Below are positions 51,860 to 64,000 of a DNA stretch of 64,000 nt, piece after piece. Below the pieces are notes generated by a model that did not search any database, had not been told where the DNA came from, and saw only the letters and a list, made by a program, of their open reading frames with translations. The DNA lies in assembly GCA_964106645.2 (NCBI GenBank), contig OZ067039.1. One strand, written 5' to 3'. The DNA is from Podarcis pityusensis. Lineage: Eukaryota. Every line of letters starts with the position of its first letter. The first letter of the stretch is position 1. Both the position numbers and the translations under genes were made by a program.

Positions 51860-53705
51860 TTATTGGGCCCGAGGCCTCCTGTGCAGCCAGCTCCTCCCCG
51901 AAGGAGATGCTTATTTGGTGTAAACACTAGTAAAATGTTTCCCCACCTACTCACTCATTCATGCCTGCCATATGCCTCTCTGACAAGCAGGATGTAAATA
52001 GGCAAGATACTGATCAAATTATCATCAGGACCATTAAAAAGGCTCATTTATTTTTCCAAGGGTAAACTTTATTTCCCTGTGTGGTCCTTGCAATATCACA
52101 AGAAAACGAGTCCCATGTGTACCAGAAAAACAAACATACCAATATACAGAGGAGAGGGGAGGGGAAGTAGGGGTGTCTCTCGATTTGTGTCCTTGTTTAA
52201 ACGTCCTTGAAAGGATGGAACATAAACAACAAAACTGGCTCTCCAACTGCTTCCTGCTGGTTCCTTTGTTTCTACTTGAAGATAGAAATAGAATCATGTG
52301 AACAGTGAATGCCAAGTATTTTAACTGACGAAGCTGTGAGGTTCAGAGTGTATAAAAACAAAGGGGGAAGCTGTTATAAATGTACCACAGAGCTACATTG
52401 GGGAGGCCTTTTGTTTACACAGGCTGCATACACACTACACCTTTAAAGCACATTCAAAGCTCATGCCTTCCCTCAAAGAATTCTGGGCACTGTAATTTGT
52501 TAAGGGTTGCTGGGAATTGTAACTCTGTGAGAGGTAAACTACAGTGCCCAGAATTCTCCAAGGCAAAGAATGTAATTTCAATGTTCTTTAAAGGTACATG
52601 TATAAACAGTTTTAATTTTGAGTGGAATATAATAAGCACAGGGCTGTTGTTTGAGTTTTGTCTAACCTAGGAAAGCAGGACAAGTTCTGAAGTGACTGCT
52701 ATACCTGCACTGAGAAAGAAGGTGGGACTGTTAAGATGGGAATATAATGACTGGGAATTATTCGCCATCAGAGTGCCCTCCTGCTGCTAATGTGTGTAAT
52801 ACATCAAGCTGCAGGTTGTATATATGCATAAATAAACCATGTATCATAGAGATACCACAGTCTCTGCTATCCCTCATTCTGAGGAAACCAAACCCTGGGT
52901 ACTTGCATGGAACCCCTGGAATCTGGATTAGGGTGGTATGCAACAGTATTCCATCCCTCTTAATCACAGCACAACCTTCTCCCTGCAAACATTTTCAAAC
53001 CATTCATTTCTAGCCCTAGAGCTGACCAGAAAAACAGAGTCTGGTATATGTCTGTGCCTTTAACAGAATGTTAATTGGCTGAGCATTTCACAGCCTGTAG
53101 AGATTAACATTATCATCTTCTAATTTTTATAGATCAAGCTCATGTTAAGAGAACAGGAATGAGACTAGTTAAATAAAAGTGGCACCTGTTGCTACCTAAT
53201 GGCCCCAAACAATGAAACTAATTTCTGCCCCACACGTTCTTGCTGCTGCAGCTACACTCTTGAGTTTGCATCATGTGCATCCTGATCTGTTGCATGTTTA
53301 CTCAGAAGTAAGTGCCACTGACCAAGCCTACGTTGAGAAGAGTGCCAAAATGCATTCTTCCTCGCATATTCTTGACATGCAGCAATCTGGAAGATTGCCT
53401 TCCTCTAGATGAATCGAAGCAAGCCAAATGGAGGTGGATAAAAAGAACTAATTAAAGAATTGTGAGCAAGGGATCACTCTTTCTTAAAATTTAATGGGGA
53501 AGAAATGAAATATGCAGAGGCCCTATTCCCTCCCAATGAGGAATGCAGCTGAACATGATGAATATTTCATGATTACTTCATGTCAAATGTGCAAAGACAG
53601 GAATTGAGCCCAGCATCTTCTTCAATCCACTTTGCTAAAGGGTTCAGAAAAGTGAAGCGGAAACAGAAAACTGCTGCATGGTGTGTTAAGACCAATTCTA
53701 CTACA

Positions 53706-53707
<2 letters not shown>

Positions 53708-53752
<45 letters not shown>
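53708..53752. repeat. (GA)n microsatellite
   Basis: Direct reading. Confidence 0.95.
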
Positions 53753-53755
<3 letters not shown>

Positions 53756-56002
53756 CACTACTGCCACTAGCAGAGTAATCAGTTGATCAGTGTTTCATGA
53801 TGTACGTGTCCTGACAGTGGCATGGAGAATCCAGTGGGCTTGGTTGTAGGTAGGATACAGTTCAATGCACATTTATGGAAAGTAACAAAGCAAGCCTAAC
53901 AGGGACATATGCAGCTTGGCCAGGGTGGAAGCCAGGAGGGGGCATAGTTGGGTATGTTGTTTCCACAATTGCCCCTGCTCTTTCAGGACCCCACAATGAT
54001 TATGGCCAACAGCAATAATAGTGTGTGCTCTACCATGCTTCCTATGGGTCCAGTGTAGGCTTCTGCAGCAGCAAAGCCCCCTCCCCACAAAGTCCAGTGC
54101 ACACTGGGTTAAGGATCTGCTTATCTTATTGAATTCAGTGAGACTTAACTTCTGGGTAAAATAAGGTTGGGTAGCTAGCTTGGGACAAGAGCCTTGAAAG
54201 ATACCATTATACTGTGCTGTAGTGTTTAGAGTGTTGGACTCTAGGACCAAGGAGATCTAGGTTCAAATTCCTAGTCATCCATCAGGCCTTGAAGGTTGGC
54301 CCACCAAACTGTTTTAGGCAAATGACACGCAGCTTTCCTGACCTGATATCACATATTAAATCAGGCACATGAAAGTTCAAGCCACTGCTCAAATTTTCAA
54401 GCCAAAGCTAAAAGGAAGAACCAGTGCTTCCTGTTGTTGCATTGTTGTGTTGGTCTTTTTGAATATGGTACCTTTTTCTGTGGGCTTGCACAGCTTAAAG
54501 TAATGGAGGGATAAAAATAGAATGAATAAATCATGCTCAGCATGGATTCATTGAGTTGGTTTGCACAGAATACTAAACCATGGTTTTAATGGTAACCATA
54601 GCTAAAGCTGAGGCATCAGTCACTTAAATATTGTTTATTACATCATAGAGCAATTAAAAGCACCAATGATGACAGCTGAGCCTTGGGAGGGTTTGAAAAA
54701 AAATTTCACCACCCTTTAGTCACAGTTCTGTAGCTTTTGGGTAGTGGTGGCTCAGTAGGAAATGTATACTTTTTATGCCTTCTATAATTTCCTTTTTAAA
54801 GAGGTGGTTACATGTAACGCTAAACTATGATTAACATTAATGAAGGTTTATGAACCAACTACAAACATTGTTTAATGGGCAACCTTTAAACATAGTTAAT
54901 AAACAATAGTTACTCTGCTGGGCTGGATTTACACAGAGCACTAAGCCATGGCTTAATAAACCATAGATTAATGGACCATGGTTTACATCACTATGTGCAA
55001 ACCATTGTGTGACCTTGGGTGTGTCATAATCTCTCAGGTTCAGCTTTCAATGTAAAAACTGATGAGTAAAATAAATACTGTCATTTAACTCATGAAAAGG
55101 GCACCAAAGATTTTTCTTCTTGTGGTTGATGTGTCTATTGTTACTGTCAAGTGAGCAAACACTCATTCTGGATTAATCATGCCTCTCCTCTCCTGTGAAG
55201 CTTAATCAGCATCCTGCCCTTTGTTTACCAAAACAAATCATCCTGCATTCTGTAAATTATGATGGACACGCAAAGGAAAAGCTTCACTGTTTCTGTGATT
55301 CCAGGGTGTGAGTGTGAGGAAAAATCGTTTATTGAAGAATTAATGAGGAAGAGCAGGGAAGTCCAAAAATAGACTGACCAGAAAGAGCTCCTTGCCAAAG
55401 CCAGTAAACAGTATTCTCCTATGCTAAGAAGACAAGAGAATTTTCAAATCAAGTCTCCCATTATGGAATGGCTCTCCAGATAAATATTACATCCCATTAT
55501 TTTAGTCCTTAGAACTATTTTGCCTTCCGCTTGCTATTTCCTAAGTGCTGCTTACTGATTTTATGCTGTTGGGTGGTTTCATGCTGCTTTTTATTAACTT
55601 TGAGCTGGCAGTGCTTTTCTGCATGGATTGTTCTTAGTCCTGTACTTGCATTTTATTGATTTTCAATTGTGAACCGTCCAGAGCACACAGCCGATTTTGT
55701 GGTGCAGAAATGCCTAAATAAAACAAAATAAAGGTTGTTTATGAATACATGGAAGAATAGGAACAGACCAGTCATGAATTCAGTTCAGAGGGAGGATCAG
55801 GTAAGGGAAGTGGATTAAGATTGCTGGGCTTCAATTGTCAAACTGGGAGATGCTCGTTCAAACGATCTGTTGTCAGCCATCAGGTCAATAGGCCTAGCCT
55901 CCTTCTTGAAAGAGGTGCTGTGCAGTGCTATTTACATCTAGGAGGCGGCTCATAGAAGGCTTGTTCGATAATATCAACCACCTTTTGTCATCTAGCTCAA
56001 CA

Positions 56003-56504
56003 CATAGCTGTCAACCGTCCCTTATTTGGCGGGAAAGTCCCTTATCCGAGCGCCGTGTCCCGCTGCTGTCCCATATTGATGATGTCCCTTAAATTTCCCG
56101 GGTTTCAAAGGAAGCAGCTCCTCTCCCTCCCTCCCTGCTGGCCAGGGAGGAGGGAGGCTCCAACTGTGTTGCTTGGCTGCGTTGCTCACCCAATAAGGAG
56201 TCTAAGAACGACTGGGGGGTGGAGCTTGGGTGCCTTGTGCCAATCAAATCAGCCGCGTTGCCTGGGGACTCGCCTTTGCTCAGTGCTTCCCAGCGGAGAG
56301 GTGACTGTGGTTTTCCTTGCTGTATCCCCTTTACTGGGTTGCTGCGCTGTGTGAACCACTGCTTGACACTTTGTTTGGCTGCTGACTGGGCTTCCTGCCT
56401 TTGGCTCGGAGGGGCTCAGAAGTTGAACATACCTGTGCTCTGAAAATCCCTTAATTTCGAGGCTGCTGGTCCCTTATTTTCAAATCTGTAAGTTGACAGC
56501 TATG
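56003..56504. mobile_element. hAT element of the same family as 18464-20339, opposite orientation
   Basis: TIR catagctgtcaac / gttgacagctatg; 8-bp TSD gctcaaca / gctcagca. Confidence 0.85.
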
Positions 56505-56694
56505 GCTCAGCATTGTCTACACTAGTGATGGGTAACCAGTTACACCCCCCTGACTCATTTCAAGTGGCCCAGCAGATGCTGTGGCCCCACTCTTGATCTC
56601 TGGACCACACTGAGCAAGAGGGAGAAAGAAGTAAAAGAGTTACAAGCTTGCCGGCTCTGCCCTCTTTGGGTTTTGGTTGCACCTACCATTAGCT

Positions 56695-57055
56695 GGGACG
56701 CGGGTGGCGCTGTGGGTAAAACCTCAGCGCCTAGGACTTGCCGATCGTCAGGTCGGCGGTTTGAATCCCCGCGGCGGGGTGCACTCCCGTTGCTCGGTCC
56801 CAGCGCCTGCCAACCTAGCAGTTCGAAAGCACCCCTGGGTGCAAGTAGATAAATAGGGACCGCTTACTAGCGGGAAGGTAAACGGCGTTTCCGTGTGCTG
56901 CGCTGGCTCGCCAGATGCAGCTTGTCATGCTGGCCACGTGACCTGGAAGTGTCTTTGGACAGCGCTGGCCCCCGGCCTCTTAAGCGAGATGGGCGCGCAA
57001 CCCCAGAGTCGGACACGACTGGCCCGTACGGGCAGGGGTACCTTTAACTTTACCT
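56695..57055 (+). mobile_element. Sauria SINE (different subfamily)
   Basis: gggacgcgggtggcgctg head; TSD taccattagctg. Confidence 0.9.
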
Positions 57056-58779
57056 TACCATTAGCTGCAAGCCTCCCTGCCCTATAGACTTGTCCTGTGG
57101 GTAAATGGGTGCGGAAAGATCTTCACTATGACTGGCAGACGCTCTCCATGGCTTCAGAAAGAAGTCTTTCCCAACCCTACCGGGAAATATCAGGATTTGA
57201 ACCTGGGGCCTTTGGCATGTAAAGTAGGTGCTCTATCTCTGAGCTACAGCCTTCCCTCTCAATACAAGTAGCAGCTTCAGATGAGTAAGTTTTGTTGAGA
57301 CCATGACGGGGAGGGAGAGTTAAGGTCCCTTTCCCTTTCTCAGGCCATGATCCTGATCAGAGGTCCTCTTGGCAGCTCCCCCCACCCACCCAGTGCAACA
57401 ACTCATTTACTGTAACATGGAATGTGACTGTAAGTGTAAAATACTTAGTACTGTACACCCTAAAGCAGTTGCTTTCACTTGTTTACCTATTTCTAAAGCA
57501 TCAGCAAAATAACATAGATTTACCTTACTACAGGAAATGAGCAATGGGATGGGAATGTTGCAAGGCAACAGATGCCAAAAAATGTGAACTGAGGATATAG
57601 TTCACTTCTGTAAACATTGCTGCTGTTAAACTCTTAACTGGTTGCTTTCAAGCACCAGAGAGATGCCAAAATGCCCTGTTAATGATTATTAACTTCTTGA
57701 TTGTCATGAATGTACTTAAGCAGACTGCCACATGATACGATCAAGCTGAAACAGGAGGCTTACTGAAGATAAGGTGTGAGAGTTTCACATACAAAGGGTA
57801 TTTGACACCCATGATTTAATAGGTATCCATTTATGCTTGTTTAACCCTTTTCTGTGCTCAGTGACTGGCATAATGCACCACTTCCATCCACCATGAGGAC
57901 TACACATTCTACTCTGAACACACACAACAGGAACCTTTTTCAGTGTACATCCCCCTCCATGGCCTACTGTCCCCCCTTTTCACATGGAGCTAAGGTCTTT
58001 GCATGGGACATTTCTGCCATGGATGGCTGTAAATGTTAAGTTTATATGTGTTGAAAACTCTTATTGCAGAATTATTAAGGAACGCCAATATTATTCATTA
58101 TTTAACCCAGCCTTCATCAAAGGAGCTCAGGATGGCATACATGGTTCTCCCCTTTTTACCCTCACAACAACCTGGTAATCCAGGAGTGTCCCATACAGGG
58201 CAACATGAAAAGGTACTGAATTGAAAAAGAAGCAGATTTTTTTATTCACAGGAAGAATTGGGAGCAGATTGTGTGCTCTTGATTCTTCATTACAGCTGTT
58301 GCTTGAAGTTTCCCACAGCTAGGGACATAAATGACATCAGGCACAGGAAAAGGTTGCTGTGGCCTAACTCTGTTGCTCTGTTGTAATGTAAGGTAGGTTG
58401 GGATACAATCCACCCTGTAAATTTTCTGGTTGTGTGGGGATCTGAATTCAAGTCTCCCCAGTCTAAGTCCATAGCAGTGACTCTGAAGCTTCAAATGATC
58501 AGAGTAGGATATGCTGTTTGCAACTAATGAATTGTGCAATCCTCTCCTGTATCTCTAACCTGTGCATGTTTTCATAGATGCCAGTCCTAGAGTTCAATGG
58601 GATTTAATCCCAAGTAAGTATACATAGGATTTCAGCCTTCAGTGATATCTGGATGTTAACCACTGTTAATGCACAACATACTGGCTGTGTTTGAAGCAAT
58701 AAATCTGTTTATTCTTTTGATGCATGAGCATCAAATAATCCTTGTAAGCATTTCTTCTGCCTAGTATTATCACTTTAAA

Positions 58780-58814
<35 letters not shown>
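58780..58814. repeat. (CAA)n microsatellite
   Basis: Direct reading. Confidence 0.95.
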
Positions 58815-60209
58815 GTGCCTTTGATAACAGCTTGATGTACATAAATTGAGCAGCAGATAAAGTAATGTTAGGCTATTGTCAACAGGAGGGGAACTGGGAG
58901 GGGGGTGGAAGTGGCACTCCTACTGCCTTTCTGAAATCACCAACTCTCCTCCTTTCTTCTACAAAGCATTTGGGGACTCATCAAAGTTTAACTAGACTGG
59001 TGCCATATGGTACGTGTTAAGGACCTTGTTGCATACTCCCTATTCCTGACCCACATTTAGTGAATGCCCACTCCTTAGTCTTTGTCCTGTCCCTTTATCA
59101 ACTCTATTTTTGTGTGCACTGCACCAGCCACACCACCTAACAGAAAACAAACAATATATTTTTATTAATTGGCACAATAATGTTATCTTTCTGCAGGGCT
59201 GGTTAGTAGCAATAGTAAATTATCAAAAAAGCATTTATTTGTGTTTAGCTTTCCATTACACACACAATCTTTTTATTAATGAACATAAATTTTCTTCTCT
59301 GCAGCAGTTTGCAGCTCACAATTATTACAGTAGCATAAGTCAAATCATATTTATGATTTGGGATACACTTTACATAGTTCATTGCTTTCTTCCGGCAGGG
59401 ATGCTTCCTGTGCCATCACTTAAGTTTATCTCCATGTCAAGAAAAGCTTCACCAGCTAAATTTCTGCATGCCATGCTGCTATTGAAAGCACAGGACAAGG
59501 GCCAAGTCACACTATGTATTAGCCTCCGTTATGGTGGCTGTGAGCCCTAGATTAGCAGATCTTAGCACATGTAATTTTAAAAAACAGTAATAACAATTAT
59601 TACAAAACAGCAATAACAACCAGGAAAGCAACATAATGCCTCAGGACCAGGGGACAGTAGAGTCATTTGTAAAGGAGTGTTAGACCTGTCAAGAAGAAAT
59701 GGAGTAACAAAATTAAAAATAAGAGTGTGGCAACAGTTTTAACTGATCACTCCCTTGCATGTTTGTGATTCAAATACTGATGATGCAAGCTTTGCAGTCT
59801 CTTCAGAGGTTGCAGCCTAGGTTGCCAGAAGAAAAGAGAGATTGTGAAGCAAGATTGGTGTGTGTCCTGCAGAGAACTGTAGACTGAGTGGTTCTGAACT
59901 AAGAATAATCTACAGCAGAGGTGGAGCAGCTGCAATGATGATGTTGGAAGCTAACTCTAATCAGTTCCAGGCCACATGGCCAATGGTCCAGCAGCATCTG
60001 CAAGACGCGGGCTCCCTGCCCCTGATCTGCAGTATTCTATGGAGCTGTGATAACATAAAAAGGAACAACCCTTTTTAACTTAAGGGATGTTATATAATAG
60101 CAAGATGAGCCACGTTCCTGCAAGGTTTAGTTGCAGTGATCGCTCTTGCATAGTCAGTGCTATCCCAAATAAGCCAGCAGGATTGATATAAATAACAGTA
60201 ATACCCTTA

Positions 60210-60526
60210 GGGCTTATCTGCACTTTCCAGGCATGGTCCTTGCTTTAAAGCTCCATCTCTGAGCATCTTTATTTTCCCTTTTCTTTTTTGCTTTGGACCT
60301 TTCCCCGTGAAAACCCACTATTTGGCACTCAATCGGCGCAAACAACAATCCACAGAAAACCCGCATCTGTGTTTGCGCCAATTGACCGCTAAACAGCGGG
60401 TTTTAGTGGGGCAAAAAGCAACAAAAAACAAACACCACAACCACCTAACCACACACTTGGGACACTGAGTTTTATGGCTCAGACCCGTGCCTGGAAAGAG
60501 CAGGGCAAATAAGTTTGGATAAGCCC
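60210..60526. mobile_element. PIF/Harbinger-like MITE
   Basis: TTA TSD; TIR gggcttatc / gataagccc; internal fold-back. Confidence 0.7.
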
Positions 60527-60539
60527 TTAGTTATTTCAG

Positions 60540-61310
60540 TCAGTGCCGCGAGAGCCTAACCCGGTGGCGCCAGACTGCTCGAGGACACAAAACAGGTACA
60601 GCGAATTATGCGCTGTTAATTGTTACCAATGCAACCAATGTGCAAGTTTTCCGCGTCGCACAGAATTCCTCACCAGGCTATGCCCACGGACAAGTCGCAT
60701 GTAGGCATTCCAGCCCGTATTAACGCCCTATACTGTATATCTAGGAGCAACTTCACGTCTCTGAGCACTAGAAAGCGGGAGAAGCCCTGCTGCATCCCAG
60801 AAGCTGCAGCGTGGACCCCTTAAGCTGAGCGCGAGTTGACTGGCAGGTTCGCGCACGCGCGGTTTCCGTTTTCCCTGCCCCTCCCGCCCTCTCCCTCTTT
60901 CTCTGTACCCGGCGCCCCTTTCTCTTTCGCTTTCAGTGACGCCCCGCCTTTCGGCCCCTCCGTCGAATGCGCCCGAGGGTCGCGCTTTCCTCCGTCTCGT
61001 TGGTCGCCTGAGCCTTCGCGGACGCCGTTGTCAGCTGACCTGACTAGGAACGGCTGCAGGCACGGAACTCGGAATACAGGCTTTTTGGGTGGCTGGGCGC
61101 CGCCATGGCTCCGGACCCCTGGTAAATGTGTGTGTGTGTGAGGGGGGGGGCAGACCTCTTGGTTGAAGCCGTGGAGCGTTTCCCTTCGGGGCTGCTGCCT
61201 TTGACCCAAGGGGTGGAGTTGGGGGGGGGCTTCACTCTGGGCCTGATATCGGCCAGAGAAGGGCAGGCGCGTCCTGCCCCTTCCACTTAATGCTAACCGG
61301 GCGTGGGCAG
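60540..61310. promoter_or_regulatory. CpG island / STX8 promoter (approximate limits)
   Basis: CpG-rich; GCGCACGCGC, CCCGCC boxes, TGACG, Kozak GCCGCCATGG. Confidence 0.8.
61105..61121 (+). CDS. STX8: Syntaxin-8 coding exon 1 (17 nt, MAPDP-W)
   Basis: gccgccATG GCT CCG GAC CCC TG|gtaaat gives MAPDPW, identical to the recalled STX8 N-terminus; CFAP52-STX8 synteny. Confidence 0.88.
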
Positions 61311-61765
61311 CCTGAAGGCATAGTGCTGCTTACCGCCTCTCACTTTCCGCCTTGTTAAGGCAGGGATGGGGAGAGTTTTGACCCTCCAGGTGCTTGTGGT
61401 AGCATCTCCGTCCCCGCCCCCCGCACATAGTTCCTGTCACCTCAGCCAGCATGGCCAATGGTTAGGGACAGTGGGAGTGGCAACCCAGAAACGCAGCACC
61501 CCCGTTCCCCCTGCAATATAGTATGAGGTTTGGTTTCTCCTCCTCCGTCCTCACCATTCTTCCTTTCAATCTCCTTCCTCTGGAATCAGTTGTGGGGCTA
61601 GTGCTGTAGAGATGGGAGAATTTTCACAGGTGCAGCTTCTTCCGCCTTGGTGCTGTAGCAATAGAAGACCAAAAAGCCAGCACCTAGCGTGGATACAAAG
61701 GAAGGCTTGTACTTTGATAGTAGCATAGCAGAGAGAATTTTCACATGTGTAGCTTTTCCTTGTTT

Positions 61766-62106
61766 TATTATTATTTATGATTTTCAGTTTTATACATTTC
61801 AGTAATTTTACAATCATTTCAATGTTTCAAAAACTCAACTTCCTTCCACATTAACTTAATTTACTCATTTATTCATCTACTTTAAATATATACTCATAAA
61901 ACTGCAGGTTATTACAATAATCCTGTCAAAGTTCTTATATGTTTACAGTTTATATGTAAATATTCAATAAACCATTTCCATTCTTTTATAAAAAATTTGT
62001 TATCTTGATTTCATAGTTTTCCAGTAAATTTCACCATTTAGTCATATTCCATAAGTTTTTGTATCCATTTTTCTTTTGCTGGGACGACTTCTTTCCATTT
62101 CCCCCC
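61766..62106 (-). mobile_element. 5'-truncated L1 (ORF2 C-terminus plus 3' UTR) in STX8 intron 1
   Basis: 15-bp TSD agcttttccttgttt; minus strand KWKEVVPAKEKWIQKLMEY..EWKWFIEYLHINCK. Confidence 0.8.
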
Positions 62107-63978
62107 AGCTTTTCCTTGTTTGATTCCTCCTTTGATATTGCAAGTGCTTAGGTGTAATATAGTTGTACTACTTTGCAACAGAGGGAGACAAGTTTCTCCT
62201 CCGTTAAGCACTCACACTTTGTAGTAGACTCAATCTGTTTTGGGGGCGGGGATTCCCTAACCTGTTTGCCTATTATGAGATATTTAGATAGACTGAATTA
62301 AAAAGCTAAATAAATTATATGTTCCTTGTGCTGGATAAAACACTTCTGGTTAAGACTTTTGCATTGTGCTTGGGATACAAGGCAATGCTCCCCAAGTTTG
62401 ACAAGGGATTGGAATTCTAGTCAAGATAGCTTGCTTTACTTGAACAGGGATTATTTCCAGGGCAATAACAATAGCAATAAATACCTCAAGTGATATGCTT
62501 TATTTTTTCTTTAGGTTGACTGACTGTATGTTTGCTTCAACCACATATAATTACTGTGAGAGGGGGAAGTTGACCACAGTGTTTGCATGTGAATTCAGTG
62601 TAGCACTAAGGAGATTGCTCAGTCATCACAAGCCTCTCCGCTTGTCTAATGGAACAATCTTCTTCCCTAGTACATTGTGCACAGTGTTCAAAACTCCCAT
62701 TGTTCTAGGTGCAGTACTGTGCCTAAGATTTCAGATTAAAGTGAAAGGAAAGGAGGAGCTTTTTCTGCCTCCCCACTTCCAGCTACTCTCTGAAGACTGG
62801 AGAAGAGACCCTCTTAAGAATATTAGGGGGTGGGTAAGGGAAGGACTAGACCATGTGAAAAATGAACATAATATTTTAGCTGCAGTTCATTCATTTTCAG
62901 CTTTGTTTGTATTCTTATAAAAAAGTGTGCCTAGACATTACATCGTTTTGCCCATAATCTAGGTTTAAGGTGCCATTTAGCTCCTAGCTTTCATATCTCT
63001 TTCAAACACTGATTGTACATTGTTCCAGGGATTCTCTTGACCCATGAGCAGATTTGAGAGGTGGGGCCTTGTTGCCCCCTAGGCTCATTTGGAGGAAGGG
63101 TGGAATAGAAATAAAATAGCTTACCTTGGTGCTGTTTATGAATTGTGACCGTGTGCTAAAAATCCTCAGTGGTGTTTTAGCATCCTGTGTCTTGTTACTT
63201 GCTAAAACTTGGTGGCAATTAATATATTGGCTTCTCTATAGGATGTTTGTTGGGTTAGCTTCTTTAGCTATGCTCTAAATTTGGAGGAATTATTTTATGT
63301 ATAAGCTGTCCATATTTGTTTTATTTCTTGTTTCCATCTATAGACTGCTTTACTACCTAAAATACCTGAAAGCAGTCTACATACACAGTATGTTCCACAA
63401 ACCACATCCAATGATTTGCACCACAAAATACATTTAAAAATCCATAAGCATAATATAAGATCAGAGCGAACTACTAGGCAGTATAATATAAAATTTCAAA
63501 CAGCACAGCATATGTGCAATCATTCATTCAATCTCACTCACCATCAATTTCACACAACCACTACAACCATTTGCTACACCAAACATTACCTCTATCAATT
63601 ACTCATACTTTCAACCCACACACAAAAGGTCATTGCCAAGCATACACAATAAGATTACACTTCTAATACATGAAGCAGTATTGGACTTGTGTCCCACTCT
63701 CACTGAACGATCTAATACTTATCTCCCGCCTCTCCCTGGAGTGATCCCAGGCTCTCATCCTGGAGGGTATAGAACTATTTCTGTCCATGCACTGCCAGTT
63801 ATGGAATCATAACATGCATGGTACTGCATAACCTCAAAACCTGATACAGAAACAATCAACTTGACTTGAAATAGGCATCTTTACGGGTCGAGGGGCAGTG
63901 GTGAAAGATTGAATATTTTGATGAACAATAAAGGCAGGAATGTATGTATATTAGTTAAAATATATTAACTTGTTTTAG

Positions 63979-64000
63979 GTTGTCGATGTATGAATCCACT
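63979..64000 (+). CDS. STX8: Syntaxin-8 exon 2 (truncated by window end)
   Basis: tgttttag|G TTG TCG ATG TAT GAA TCC ACT gives W-LSMYEST versus recalled human W-FSTYDST; phase matches exon 1. Confidence 0.85.

Noticed and set aside
53570-53700. Alternative upstream exon for the TBC1D24-like gene
   Set aside because: No convincing donor or phase match; the ORFs here are driven by the (GA)n tract
60820-61286. 129, 101 and 80 aa ORFs at the STX8 promoter
   Set aside because: CpG-island artefacts; only the 17-nt MAPDPW exon is supported

Overview
Eukaryotic vertebrate genomic DNA, most likely a squamate and probably a lacertid lizard (inferred from Sauria SINEs, Squam2-type SINEs, BovB and CR1). 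Three spliced protein-coding genes were reconstructed by hand. (1) CFAP52/WDR16 exons 1-8 on the minus strand (ATG at 17883; the gene continues off the left edge). (2) A complete, intact TBC + TLDc gene on the minus strand (stop 34518; ATG 45173, or 51859 if a candidate upstream exon is used). It looks like a divergent paralog of TBC1D24 lying between CFAP52 and STX8, which from my recall are directly head-to-head in human. (3) STX8 exon 1 (61105-61121) and the start of exon 2 (63979 to window end) on the plus strand. The rest is rich in transposable elements. The most unusual feature is a pair of about 2.1-kb, TSD-flanked, poly(A)-tailed retroelements (260-2377 and 25703-27810). Each has an L1-like 5' promoter and one unrecognised ~210-225 aa coiled-coil ORF, and neither has an RT or endonuclease; the first also keeps a relic of the L1 ORF2 C-terminus. 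They are a candidate non-autonomous, protein-coding L1 parasite family. A Penelope-type fragment carries tandem minimal hammerhead ribozymes. All identifications come from reading the sequence and recalled orthologs; no database searches were run.
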